The translations under genes were made by a program, and so were the position numbers. This document shows positions 50,109 through 59,021 of a stretch of DNA of 64,000 nucleotides, in pieces. Under the pieces are notes generated by a model. That model was not told the origin of the DNA and ran no database searches. It saw only the letters and a list, made by a program, of their open reading frames with translations. Positions within the stretch are counted from its first letter, which is position 1. Each line of letters begins with the position of its first letter. Source of the DNA: an uncultured virus (IMG/VR IMGVR_UViG_3300000233_000006) (taxonomy: Duplodnaviria > Heunggongvirae > Uroviricota > Caudoviricetes). The DNA is taken from positions 1 through 64,000 of IMG/VR virus record IMGVR_UViG_3300000233_000006. The stretch is one strand, 5' to 3'.

Positions 50109-51149
50109 GTGGCTAATTTTTTGAAGGTTTTTAAGGTTAATGCGTTGCCTGCAACGCTTGAACCTTCTAGTTTGTATTTGATTCCTAGTAGTGTTCCTGG
50201 AGAATTAAGGATCGTCATTACTGATAAAGACGCGCTTAGCTCTTTAAGTACGCCTACACAAAGTTCCGGATCTACCGACGTTCATTTTTTCAATGACCGG
50301 CTTATTTTAAAACCTGTTATCGAAGCTTCACCTACGGACGCCAGTACGGTCTTTTTGCAAAATAACGATTTTGTAGGAAGTCGGTCAGTTTTTATAAGTC
50401 CTGAAGGCCGGTCATCTTTTAAGATACAGGCGTCGTTTGACGATAGGCATGTTTTTTGGATCAAACCGATCGTCAATAATAGTGCGTCGCCTCATGTTTT
50501 AGGTTTACCTAACCCGACAATTATCGGAACGCGTACTGCGAGAACAATTAATTTTAGTTCGAGTCATCTCTCATACCCTAGACTAGGTATTGTGAGTAGT
50601 GCGGCTGCCGGATCATTGTCTGGATTGCGTATATCGACATTATTTTTATCAGTAGGTGTACTGGGTAAAGGTGGGTTTTTTTTAAGTACTGAATTTATGT
50701 TTTCAGATACATCCAATGTTGCTGGAGCGCGCGCATTTATTGGCCTGACAACAACGACGGCGGCACCCACTAATGTAGAGCCGAGTACTTTACTTAATGT
50801 CATCGGCGTCGCATCTTTATCGACTAGCGCGAATTTAGTGATCGTTAGTGGGAATGGTACGGCACCAAATTCAGTTATTGATCTCGGCATTGGTTTTCCT
50901 GCAAACGCGCTTAGTCAGAATCTCTATAAGGTGTGTTTTAATTCGGATCCCGTTGAAGGAGGCGTTCATTACTATGTTAAACGTATTGGAACTGGTAATG
51001 TTGCAGAAGGGTATATTCCTTCAGGATCGATTCCTGGACAGGGTGTCGGACTTACATTTTCGTCTTGGCGTACAAATAACAGTACTGCAACCGCAGTAGG
51101 TTTAGACGTTGGTGTTACATATATAGAAGTTAATAAGAGGTCTATTTAA
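50109..51149 (+). CDS. putative tail fibre / receptor-binding protein
   Basis: S/T/G/A-rich beta-type sequence; shares its N-terminus with 49105..49665; followed by a fibre-chaperone-like gene. Confidence 0.6.
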   Translation: MANFLKVFKVNALPATLEPSSLYLIPSSVPGELRIVITDKDALSSLSTPTQSSGSTDVHFFNDRLILKPVIEASPTDASTVFLQNNDFVGSRSVFISPEGRSSFKIQASFDDRHVFWIKPIVNNSASPHVLGLPNPTIIGTRTARTINFSSSHLSYPRLGIVSSAAAGSLSGLRISTLFLSVGVLGKGGFFLSTEFMFSDTSNVAGARAFIGLTTTTAAPTNVEPSTLLNVIGVASLSTSANLVIVSGNGTAPNSVIDLGIGFPANALSQNLYKVCFNSDPVEGGVHYYVKRIGTGNVAEGYIPSGSIPGQGVGLTFSSWRTNNSTATAVGLDVGVTYIEVNKRSI

Positions 51150-51151
51150 GC

Positions 51152-51688
51152 ATGGTTAACTATATCTTTAATCCGGATTTAAATACGGTAACACTGCGAG
51201 ATACGGGTAAGATCATTATACCTAATGAAAATGATTCCGACCCCGATTACCTCGACTATATTTCATGGATTTCTTTAGGGAACCAACCTGATGTAGAAAC
51301 GACGATGACTCAGTTACGTCAGGCTATTTGGGAAGAAACTAAAAAAGAGCGTGACTTTAGAAAAAACGCGGGTGTTTTTGCTGATAACTATTGGTTTCAT
51401 ACTGACGTAGAAAGTCGTATTCAACAGCTTGGTTTGATTATACTTGGACAGAATCTCCCGGCAGGCATTATGTGGAAAACACTTGATCGTGGAAGTGTTT
51501 ATTCGGATGCGCAATATGTTGAGATGACACCTCTTTTAGCCCAGTCGATCTTTAGTTCAACGTTGTTACATGATTCACATTTCCATGCCGTATGCGAAGA
51601 ACATCGGAAAAATATTGCCGTGAGCACGGATCCTGAGAATTACGACTATAAGGTAGGTTGGCCACCTTCTTACCTTGACGCTATTTAA
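51152..51688 (+). CDS. tail fibre assembly protein (DUF4376-like)
   Basis: DY..Y..W...GN.P, KKERD, WFHTD..SRIQQLGL, WKT.D and YDYKVGWP motifs. Confidence 0.75.
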   Translation: MVNYIFNPDLNTVTLRDTGKIIIPNENDSDPDYLDYISWISLGNQPDVETTMTQLRQAIWEETKKERDFRKNAGVFADNYWFHTDVESRIQQLGLIILGQNLPAGIMWKTLDRGSVYSDAQYVEMTPLLAQSIFSSTLLHDSHFHAVCEEHRKNIAVSTDPENYDYKVGWPPSYLDAI

Positions 51689-52441
51689 ATGGAAGTTTTA
51701 TATAGTCGATACGTTGAAATTTTTGGTAGTAACCTCATGGGCATTCACGGTAAAGGACATGCCTTACATGCAAAAAAACATAAGGGCGCCTTACAAGGCG
51801 TCTCAGAAGGTCGTAGCGGTATGTCTTACGCTATACCGACTAAGGTAAGTCCGTACAAAAACGAACACGTTTCATATCAAGCATTAACGGATTCGTTACG
51901 TCTTTTTAATATATACGCTAGCCTAAATCCAAGTGAACGATTTATCGGTTCTCATTTGGGTTGCGGTCACGCGGGTATGGACGAAGACCGTGTTATTCAA
52001 TCTATTATTGATGCCGGTGGTGTACCTCAAAACGTTCGATGGCCTAATTCATGGATGGCCATTATATCGCCAGAGCGTTTTTACAACAGTATTCTTATCG
52101 CAGGTTCAAGAACGATCACGAACCTCTCATCTGACAACAAAAAAATTATCATTGATCGGATTACCGAAGTATCTGAATACGGTCATGTTTCGATTGTCTC
52201 AGGAATGGCAAAGGGACCTGATCGCTGGGGTATTGACGTTGCTAAAGAACTCGGACTATATTTGATAGAATGTCCTGCGGAGTGGGATGTTTTCGGTAAA
52301 TCTGCCGGAATGGTCCGTAATCGACTTATGTCTTTAATTACGTCTGAAGCGCTTATTTTTTACGATGGAGTTTCTAGCGGCACAAAGAACATGATAAGTC
52401 TTCTTGGATCTGAAAACATAACAACAACCATCATTGAGTGA
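51689..52441 (+). CDS. macro-like domain fused to a SLOG (DUF2493/YspA-like) domain
   Basis: N-term FGSNL.G.HG.G.A..SYAIPT..LGCG.AG; C-term IAGSR, IVSGMAKGPD, PAEW..GKSAG..RN..M, F.DG.S.GT..M. Confidence 0.75.
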   Translation: MEVLYSRYVEIFGSNLMGIHGKGHALHAKKHKGALQGVSEGRSGMSYAIPTKVSPYKNEHVSYQALTDSLRLFNIYASLNPSERFIGSHLGCGHAGMDEDRVIQSIIDAGGVPQNVRWPNSWMAIISPERFYNSILIAGSRTITNLSSDNKKIIIDRITEVSEYGHVSIVSGMAKGPDRWGIDVAKELGLYLIECPAEWDVFGKSAGMVRNRLMSLITSEALIFYDGVSSGTKNMISLLGSENITTTIIE

Positions 52442-53057
52442 TTATCCCATGTATATTTATCATTACAGTCGCGAATTCTTTAAGGATCTTCGAACCTTAA
52501 AGGCTCAAGGTAAAGACCCTGTAAACGCGCACAGAAAAGATTACGGTACACATATATCCTTCTTTTTTGACCCGTTACCGCTTAAAAAAATAGCAGGACT
52601 TTTCAAAAATGAACATCCTTTTTATCAAATGGGTGAAGGTATATATGAGTACGTCGTTAATGTTAAAACACTTGGCGACATCAAATACGATGTTGTAGAA
52701 AGTCCTGGGGTCGTAAAAATAAGGGATGATTTTCCTTGGCGTCCGGATACTCGAGTGAGCGATCAGGAGATTATCGAATTTCATAAACTAAGGGATGCCT
52801 ATAAAGAAAAAGAGGGCGAAATAGGGGTTACACTAAGCGGTCTTAAAAAGCAGATTGCGCTGTATCGAGGTAAGTCGTTTGATTATTTTAGAGAAAGTGT
52901 TAAGCGACCTGACTTCGATGGTGACAAAACAAAATATGCGGCTAACGTACCGCACGTTATGCTTTTTCCAAAAAACGGCGTGATTAAGTACGATCATGTC
53001 AATGCGCCAGTCGGTAAAAAAGATCACATAAAACAACCTAAATACGCCACATGGTAA
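52434..53057 (+). CDS. hypothetical jumbo-phage protein
   Basis: IYHYS, HISFF.DP.P and YAANVPH.M motifs; ends PKYATW. Confidence 0.75.
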   Translation: MSDYPMYIYHYSREFFKDLRTLKAQGKDPVNAHRKDYGTHISFFFDPLPLKKIAGLFKNEHPFYQMGEGIYEYVVNVKTLGDIKYDVVESPGVVKIRDDFPWRPDTRVSDQEIIEFHKLRDAYKEKEGEIGVTLSGLKKQIALYRGKSFDYFRESVKRPDFDGDKTKYAANVPHVMLFPKNGVIKYDHVNAPVGKKDHIKQPKYATW

Positions 53058-53176
53058 AAAAAAAATAAAAGAATTCGTAAGAATGGTTCCTTAAATACTG
53101 AGATAAATCCTTGAGGTGATTTCAAGTCTTTTATTTATACAGGATAGTATGATTACTCATTTTTCTCGGGGTTGAT

Positions 53177-53902
53177 ATGAAACGTTTTTCTCTTTTGTTA
53201 CCTGCTTTTTTATTTTTAATCCAGGAGTCGTGTACTACCGGAGCATTTGCTAAAGGTCTTGACGTAAACACATACATTCCACCTAAAGCCTTTGTTCACT
53301 TACCTACCTTAAAGAGCGAGAGTCAACGACTTTTTCCTGAGTTTGAGACCTATCAGTATTTTGGTTCGCTCATTGAACATGAAAGCTGTTTGTCACTTAG
53401 CCACAAGCGCTGCTGGGAACCGACGTCGCGCCTTAAAACACAGCGTGAAGAAGGTGCTGGTTTAGGTCAGATTACGCGAACGTGGAAGAAAGATGGAAGT
53501 CCTCGCTTCGATACGCTAAGCGATTTAGCTAAGGCTTACCGAACCGAGCTTAAAGAACTTTCATGGAATAATATCTACAGCCGTCCCGATCTACAGATGC
53601 GCGCTATCATTTTGCTCTATAAGCAAAATTACAAACAACTGTATATGATCGAAGATGATTTTGAACGTATGGCGTTTGCGGACGCGGCTTATAACGGTGG
53701 TTTAGGTGGCGTCACGAAGGACAGAAGACTCTGTTCGCTTAAGAAAGGATGTGATCCTAAAGTATGGTTTGGTGAAACAGAAATTACGTGCAGTAAGAGT
53801 AAGGAAGCAATGTACGGACAGCGAAGTCCGTGTGACATTAATCGTCATCATGTTCGCGACGTATTAACAACTCGACTTCCTAAATACATTGAAAAATTCT
53901 AA
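53177..53902 (+). CDS. lytic transglycosylase / endolysin with signal peptide
   Basis: IEHES, GAGLGQIT and AAYNGG motifs; several Cys; N-terminal signal. Confidence 0.85.
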   Translation: MKRFSLLLPAFLFLIQESCTTGAFAKGLDVNTYIPPKAFVHLPTLKSESQRLFPEFETYQYFGSLIEHESCLSLSHKRCWEPTSRLKTQREEGAGLGQITRTWKKDGSPRFDTLSDLAKAYRTELKELSWNNIYSRPDLQMRAIILLYKQNYKQLYMIEDDFERMAFADAAYNGGLGGVTKDRRLCSLKKGCDPKVWFGETEITCSKSKEAMYGQRSPCDINRHHVRDVLTTRLPKYIEKF

Positions 53903-53906
53903 TAAA

Positions 53907-53944
53907 AAAATAACTACTGTGCCGTAAAGCACAGTAGTTATTTT
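53907..53944. terminator. bidirectional terminator
   Basis: aaaataactactgtgc...gcacagtagttatttt. Confidence 0.8.
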
Positions 53945-53974
53945 AGTTACGTTACTTGGTCCAGTTTAATCACT

Positions 53975-54532
53975 TTACCTCGCTAAAGTGATGCCTGTTT
54001 GGTTCTGATATTTACCTTGGCGATCTGCATAACTTACGTCACACTCACTTCCTTTAAAGAAAAGGAATTGTGATATACCCATGTTGGCATAAACCTTGAC
54101 AGGGAGTGTTGTCGCATTGGATACTTCGATAACAACCTGGCCTTTAAAACCCGGTTCGATCGGAGTCACGTTAACAATAATTCCGCACCGCGCGTAAGTT
54201 GACTTACCTACGCAGAGTACCATGATATCTCGCGGTATATCAAATGTCTCAACAGTATGTCCTAGAATATAACTGTTTGGCGGAATAACGCAATAGTGTC
54301 CCTGGTGATCGACGACATTTTTAATGTCGAAATCAAGAGGGTCGATAATGCCTGCGTTGACGTTATTGAAGATTTTAAATTGGTCTGATAAGCGAACGTC
54401 GTAACCAAAACTGGAGAGACCGTAACTTATCACACGTTTATCTAAATGCGTTCTGATAGACGTTTCGCAAAAGGGTGTGATCATACCGTGCTGACTTAGC
54501 GCGCTGATTTCTTTATCGTTAAGAATGGTCAT
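53975..54532 (-). CDS. dcd: dCTP deaminase
   Basis: ISYGLSSFGYDVR, GKSTYARCG, NVTPIEP, Q.LF and GKYQ.Q motifs; start moved to ATG 54532. Confidence 0.93.
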   Translation of the reverse strand: MTILNDKEISALSQHGMITPFCETSIRTHLDKRVISYGLSSFGYDVRLSDQFKIFNNVNAGIIDPLDFDIKNVVDHQGHYCVIPPNSYILGHTVETFDIPRDIMVLCVGKSTYARCGIIVNVTPIEPGFKGQVVIEVSNATTLPVKVYANMGISQFLFFKGSECDVSYADRQGKYQNQTGITLAR

Positions 54533-54591
54533 AGTTGATCTCATAAAGTGTTTAGACATAGCATGTCTAAACTGTGTAAAATAAAAAAGTG

Positions 54592-54921
54592 TTATAGATA
54601 GACTTCAGATAATAATTTACAATGTCGTTCTAGAACATCTTTAATCACTTTAGCTTGAAAATGTTTGAAAGGGTTTTCTCGATACGTATAAATAAAGAGT
54701 CCTTGGTATTTTGTTGCTTTGCGATGAACCTCCCCTAAGTATAAAAAAATAGGACTTGAGTCGTCACGTATTTCGTTTTCGAAATAACTTCGATAATCTT
54801 GTTCTTTACGTTTAGATTTTAAACGTATTTTTGTTGGTATTTTTAATAAGGAATGTCGGTCGATATAGAGCTCAAGTAAAGCCTTAGTTTCACACGTTTC
54901 AATATGAATGGGGTACGGCAT
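54592..54921 (-). CDS. cassette copy A: DUF4326-like protein (degenerate), paralog of 57372..57698
   Basis: Near-colinear with 57372..57698; YIDR.S...P..Y..W/Y..L..KVIK pattern; start at ATG 54921. Confidence 0.7.
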   Translation of the reverse strand: MPYPIHIETCETKALLELYIDRHSLLKIPTKIRLKSKRKEQDYRSYFENEIRDDSSPIFLYLGEVHRKATKYQGLFIYTYRENPFKHFQAKVIKDVLERHCKLLSEVYL

Positions 54922-54956
54922 AATAAACCTCAAGAAAAAAAAAAAGATTACCACAA

Positions 54957-54986
54957 TATCCCAGGTAGCATGTGCTACCTGGGATA
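54957..54986 (-). terminator. terminator inside cassette copy A
   Basis: tatcccaggtagca-tg-tgctacctgggata. Confidence 0.75.
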
Positions 54987-54998
54987 CGTACGTTTACT

Positions 54999-55124
54999 TT
55001 AGTCCTTTTTTTGAGGTTTATCCAATAGCTGAAAACTAATCCAGGTTATAAGAATAACGATTAAGGTGCTGACCGAGATGGCTAACGCCACGTTTCGACT
55101 AATAAAATCTAGAATGGTTAACAT
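54999..55124 (-). CDS. cassette copy A: 41-aa single-TM protein, not in the ORF track
   Basis: MLTILDFISRNVALAISVSTLIVILITWISFQLLDKPQKKD; AGGTGATCTATG junction. Confidence 0.65.
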   Translation of the reverse strand: MLTILDFISRNVALAISVSTLIVILITWISFQLLDKPQKKD

Positions 55125-55127
55125 AGA

Positions 55128-55691
55128 TCACCTTTTTTGGACGCGCTTCACGCGGTTTAAAATACGTCCTTTCATGATTTTCATGAATTTAGGTTCGTAG
55201 TCACAAAGACTACTGACGACGTTTTCAAGAAGATCGTCATCAGGCCGATCGTAAAATAATCCGTATACAATGTCATTGTCATGACAGTAGTCTTCGGACT
55301 CTTCACGCTCATTCAATACCCAAGGCATGATATATCGCTCGGTTTTGAACGGAGGGAATGAAGCTAATCCCTTGACCAACTTCCCGATATAAAAGCCGAT
55401 GACCTGGTTTAAATCCATAGGTAAACAAACCGGCTGGTTTTGAGAAGAAATGATTTTTTCATACTCTTCTTGCGTGTCGTAATACGATACGCTTATACCC
55501 ATTTGCAGTTTTTCAGCAAACGTAAGCAAAATTTTTAACCTATCTTCGCTCGATCTATGCGAAGGATTGATAAGCGCGAGAAGCTTAACTTTACGCCGCC
55601 GTGATAAAAAATCCGCCATGGCTAATGACGACGCGTTGCCGTCAACGAGACAGATGACTTCGTCATCTAATTTATATGCTAAATTTAACAT
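55128..55691 (-). CDS. cassette copy A: TilS/PP-loop-like protein lacking SGGxDS
   Basis: Paralog of 57897..58463; V..DGNASSLAMADFL, IMPWVL..EE..DYC pattern. Confidence 0.6.
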   Translation of the reverse strand: MLNLAYKLDDEVICLVDGNASSLAMADFLSRRRKVKLLALINPSHRSSEDRLKILLTFAEKLQMGISVSYYDTQEEYEKIISSQNQPVCLPMDLNQVIGFYIGKLVKGLASFPPFKTERYIMPWVLNEREESEDYCHDNDIVYGLFYDRPDDDLLENVVSSLCDYEPKFMKIMKGRILNRVKRVQKR

Positions 55692-55696
55692 TTTCT

Positions 55697-56302
55697 TTAC
55701 TCCAATATGGTGATCGTAAGTTTGTTTGTTTTTAACTTGTACCGGAACGTACTTTCAGATACTTTAAAATGTCTAGCGCACTCACGTATAGATTTAAATA
55801 CGATACCGTTAAACTTAAACGGTTTTTTTACGTATTTTCTAGGTACGTTTTTGATGACGTTATTTTCAATTAGCCATCTTCTGGCGAACCGATACGTCAT
55901 TCCTTTGACCCTTGAAAAATGTTCAACGTTATTATATCGTATACCCCTATAACTAAAGGCGATCCTATCGTAATTATTTTTAAGGGGGTTTAAAACGGAG
56001 TACAAATTATTAAAGACATAATTTGCCACCTCGTTAATACGATCTTCGATTTGAAGTACGTACGTTATCACGGTATTTCTACCGGACGTATGTTCTATAA
56101 CGGTGTCGTCACAGATCTTTAAATCATATTTAAAATCTTTCATGAATTCAACAACGATAAATTTTACCTTATCGTCGTTTTTCAATGGTTCTAAAATCGG
56201 TCTAAACCCTATAGGGATTAAAAACCCACGAGTGATGGGGCCTACTGTTTTCGATAAATAGTCGAAAAGATCTTGACTCATGCCGATGTCTAATTTAGAC
56301 AT
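55697..56302 (-). CDS. cassette copy A: protein with two NUMOD1-like HTH modules
   Basis: YRGIRYNNV..F.R..G and FNGIVFKSIRECARHFKVSEST; paralog of 58444..58923. Confidence 0.65.
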   Translation of the reverse strand: MSKLDIGMSQDLFDYLSKTVGPITRGFLIPIGFRPILEPLKNDDKVKFIVVEFMKDFKYDLKICDDTVIEHTSGRNTVITYVLQIEDRINEVANYVFNNLYSVLNPLKNNYDRIAFSYRGIRYNNVEHFSRVKGMTYRFARRWLIENNVIKNVPRKYVKKPFKFNGIVFKSIRECARHFKVSESTFRYKLKTNKLTITILE

Positions 56303-56366
56303 TTAGTTTCTCCCAGTTGTACGTCAAAATATATGACGAAGGTTAGAGATAATCTATCTCAATAAT

Positions 56367-56374
56367 GTAATATA
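56367..56374 (-). promoter_or_regulatory. early promoter TATATTAC for cassette copy A
   Basis: GTAATATA 65 bp upstream of ATG 56302. Confidence 0.6.
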
Positions 56375-56528
56375 TATCTAATATTTACTGGGTATATCGT
56401 ACCCCTTCATCTGTTTAAAGAGATGGGGATTTATCATGCGGAGCCTGGTAAAAAACGTGTGATGACGATTCACAGCCTACTGTAAGATTTATTTCCACGC
56501 CCATGTGTTTTAAAACGATAATGTGCAT

Positions 56529-57375
56529 TTACGCACCTATTATTTTATTGAGTTCTTGAATTTTGTTTAGTAGTTTATCTCTACGCGTTTTAGACAGGTT
56601 AAACGAGTATGTTGACATATTGTTTATTCTAAGATACTCGTCTTCAGTTAACGAAGGTCGGAATAAATGACCGGCTCTAAATTTACCTAAACACTCTTCG
56701 ACTGACTTGGTCTTATAGTGGTTTAATACAAGACCGTCAAAGTTATCTATGTTAAACTCGGATAATACATTAGGTTTTCCGTTTTGGTCGACTGTAATAA
56801 AACCTTCCTTGAGAGGGAAAAAATGCACAAATTCGGTATATTTATTTATCTTATAACCAAAATCCACTGCGTTTATAAGAACGCACGATTTAATGTGCTG
56901 GCGCGTATGACCCATGTAATGGCCGTATCTATTAAACCGCAACGTTACAGGTTCCGGGTCATAAGCCTCGTGATTTGAGGTACCGAACACGCGTGAATAG
57001 AGTGATATCTGACCTACGTTTTGTTTATTGGCGATATCGTTTAGAAGATCGTATTCACAAAAATTCATCTGATTACTATCAATCAAAAACTCGTCAATGT
57101 CGACAAAAAGAACCAAGTCAACCTCGTCATCTGAAGCATGATTTAAGATCCGCTTATATGCGGTATGTTGCGTCCACATCCCTTCTACGGTATCCTGTTC
57201 TATAAAAAAAAACAAGATTGTTTTTTGAGGCTAAATTTAACCACTGGAGCGTTTCTTCGGTAGCATTGTGTGCTGCAATGTAAAATTTTGTGAATCCAGC
57301 GCACATGTACCAACTAAGCCATTCTGTTAAATATCTATGGCCGTCTTTAACAATTAGCCCTACCGAAATATTCAT
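56529..57375 (-). pseudogene. GT-A glycosyltransferase (GT92/Glyco_tranf_2_4-like), frameshifted at a T9 tract
   Basis: N-part IVKD..RYL.EW..Y...GF..F.I in one frame; C-part Q..AY, FVDIDEF, FGTS, KS and LNHY.TKS..E in the next; removing one T from 57204-57212 gives 281 aa. Confidence 0.8.
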
Positions 57376-57698
57376 AGATAAACATCCGATAACAATTTCG
57401 CGTTTTCTTCAAGGACTGATTTAATGACTTTCAACTGAAAATACTTATATACATTTCCTTTGTCTGAGATCAATACAAGTCCGTTGTATTTCGTGGCTTT
57501 TCTATGTATTTCACCAAGGTAACAAAAGACGTTACTCGAATCGTAGCTCAACTCGGCCTCAAGCCAAGTCCTATAATCCTGCTCTTTGTGTTTTGAACGT
57601 ATTCTTATTTTAGCCGGTATGTTGATCACCGAATGGCGATCGATAACGAGTTCGAGCAGCCCCTTATGGTCGGCCAGTTCAATGTAAATAGGGTACAT
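57372..57698 (-). CDS. cassette copy B: DUF4326-like protein (degenerate)
   Basis: Paralog of 54592..54921 (shared KEQDYR, YLGE.HRKATKY, KVIK.VLE, LLS.VYL). Confidence 0.75.
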   Translation of the reverse strand: MYPIYIELADHKGLLELVIDRHSVINIPAKIRIRSKHKEQDYRTWLEAELSYDSSNVFCYLGEIHRKATKYNGLVLISDKGNVYKYFQLKVIKSVLEENAKLLSDVYL

Positions 57699-57724
57699 AA
57701 AAAACCATGAGATGTATCATAAAA

Positions 57725-57760
57725 TGGAGTGGTAGGCGACATATGTCGCCTACCACTCCA
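57725..57760 (-). terminator. terminator inside cassette copy B; 36-bp perfect palindrome
   Basis: tggagtggtaggcgacat|atgtcgcctaccactcca. Confidence 0.8.
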
Positions 57761-57764
57761 GTAT

Positions 57765-57893
57765 TTACTTGTCTTTTGACGCTGTTACTTTAAGCGCTAT
57801 TGCGGCTGCAACGGCTGCAACTACAACAGCCAGAAAAAACCCTAAGAACAGAGCTTCGTTTTACAAGCGTGAAAGCAGGGAGCTCACGTCCAT
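57765..57893 (-). pseudogene. cassette copy B: small TM gene with internal TAA at codon 11
   Basis: MDVSSLLSRL*NEALFLGFFLAVVVAAVAAAIALKVTASKDK; same AGGTGATCTATG junction as copy A. Confidence 0.6.
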
Positions 57894-57896
57894 AGA

Positions 57897-58463
57897 TCAC
57901 CTATTTTTTGATTTGTTGAGTAGTTTTGAGCGGATACTCTGCTCAAACCCGGGGTTCACCAATGTTAATGTATCGATTGCGTTGTCAGCCAGCCGGTCGC
58001 TTTCGCTGACATCCTCGGCGACAAAATCGATATCGTTTTCCTGGCAATAAGACAGAATATCTTCCTGCGAGTTTAACACCCACGGTTGCGAGATGTTAAA
58101 CTTCCTGAGTCGTGGGAGTGCGGGCACTCCGATAGATACCGACCTCACCCAGGTCCTCGTCATATCCTGAAGGTTCGTGGCAAGAACCACCTCACCTTGT
58201 TCCTCCATAAGGATTCTGAGAGCCTTCTCGCTTGATGGACTAGGGTCCGCAACTAACCGGATATGAACCGCCATGCCGTATTTAGACGCAAAAGCGTATA
58301 TCGTTTTGAGACGTGGTACAGTTCCCTCGTCAGTGGGGTCAAGAATCGAAATAAGGCCAACATTACGGCGCTGAGCCATAAAGTGGGCCATGGCGAGCGA
58401 CGCGGCGCAACCGCGGGTGTATACGGTGACATCGTCAGCCGTTTTAAATGCTAATGTCAGCAT
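57897..58463 (-). CDS. cassette copy B: TilS/PP-loop-like protein lacking SGGxDS
   Basis: V..RGCAASLAMAHFM, VVLATNLQD, ISQPWVL..EDILSYC. Confidence 0.6.
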   Translation of the reverse strand: MLTLAFKTADDVTVYTRGCAASLAMAHFMAQRRNVGLISILDPTDEGTVPRLKTIYAFASKYGMAVHIRLVADPSPSSEKALRILMEEQGEVVLATNLQDMTRTWVRSVSIGVPALPRLRKFNISQPWVLNSQEDILSYCQENDIDFVAEDVSESDRLADNAIDTLTLVNPGFEQSIRSKLLNKSKNR

Positions 58464-58923
58464 TTTTTTTCTCCGATTGTTTTGGTGGGCGTTTCACAGA
58501 CACGGCTGTGTCGTTGAGCCATTTTTTTGCTGTACCGCGACCTATACCACGGGCACGTACGTAGTGGTCGAACGACTCAAATACCTGCCCCTTATAGACT
58601 ATGTTAACATCAGGACGCCGACCATTAATCGGCGTGAGACAGCCTAAAAGGATACTCCATACGTGGGTTACGATCTCCTTCCGTCGTTTTTTCTCACTGA
58701 GTTCTTGTACATAGGCGTACTTTAATTCCTTCTTGGTGCTTACCCTTTTAGAGGATGTCACTTTTAAGGCAAACCGATAATTGTCATCGATGGCGACTAT
58801 CACGTACGTTTTTTTATCCTCATTGAGGATGCCTGTTTTTGGCATAGACCGAAAACCTATTGGGTACAACCCCCCTATAACTATGGGGGTGAGTGTTTTT
58901 TCGATGTAATGTACATCATTCAT
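58444..58923 (-). CDS. cassette copy B: NUMOD1-like HTH protein
   Basis: GGLYPIGFR and YKGQVFESF..Y.RARGI..TAKKWL; start moved to ATG 58923 (GGAG RBS). Confidence 0.65.
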   Translation of the reverse strand: MNDVHYIEKTLTPIVIGGLYPIGFRSMPKTGILNEDKKTYVIVAIDDNYRFALKVTSSKRVSTKKELKYAYVQELSEKKRRKEIVTHVWSILLGCLTPINGRRPDVNIVYKGQVFESFDHYVRARGIGRGTAKKWLNDTAVSVKRPPKQSEKKNADISI

Positions 58924-58995
58924 AAATGACTCCATATAGATATTACAATACCCGTAATACATGGGTGAATTAATGACAGTCATTAGTTCGAGTAT

Positions 58996-59003
58996 GTAAT
59001 ATG
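58996..59003 (-). promoter_or_regulatory. early-promoter variant CATATTAC for cassette copy B
   Basis: GTAATATG followed by an A-run; same position relative to the cassette as in copy A. Confidence 0.5.
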
Positions 59004-59021
59004 GGTTTATAAAAAAATGCG

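Larger units (their letters stand above)
49098..50197. repeat. 96-bp direct repeat pair (49098-49193 and 50102-50197; 5 mismatches)
   Basis: Both copies encode MA(S/N)FLKVFKV(S/N)ALPATLEPSSLYLIPSSVP. Confidence 0.95.

Noticed and set aside
49098..50197. 96-bp repeat pair as a DGR template/variable repeat
   Set aside because: No reverse transcriptase in the window, mismatches are not confined to adenines of one copy, and both copies are N-terminal
57769..58050. + strand 93-aa Ala-rich ORF
   Set aside because: It is the antisense shadow of the small TM gene and the PP-loop-like gene
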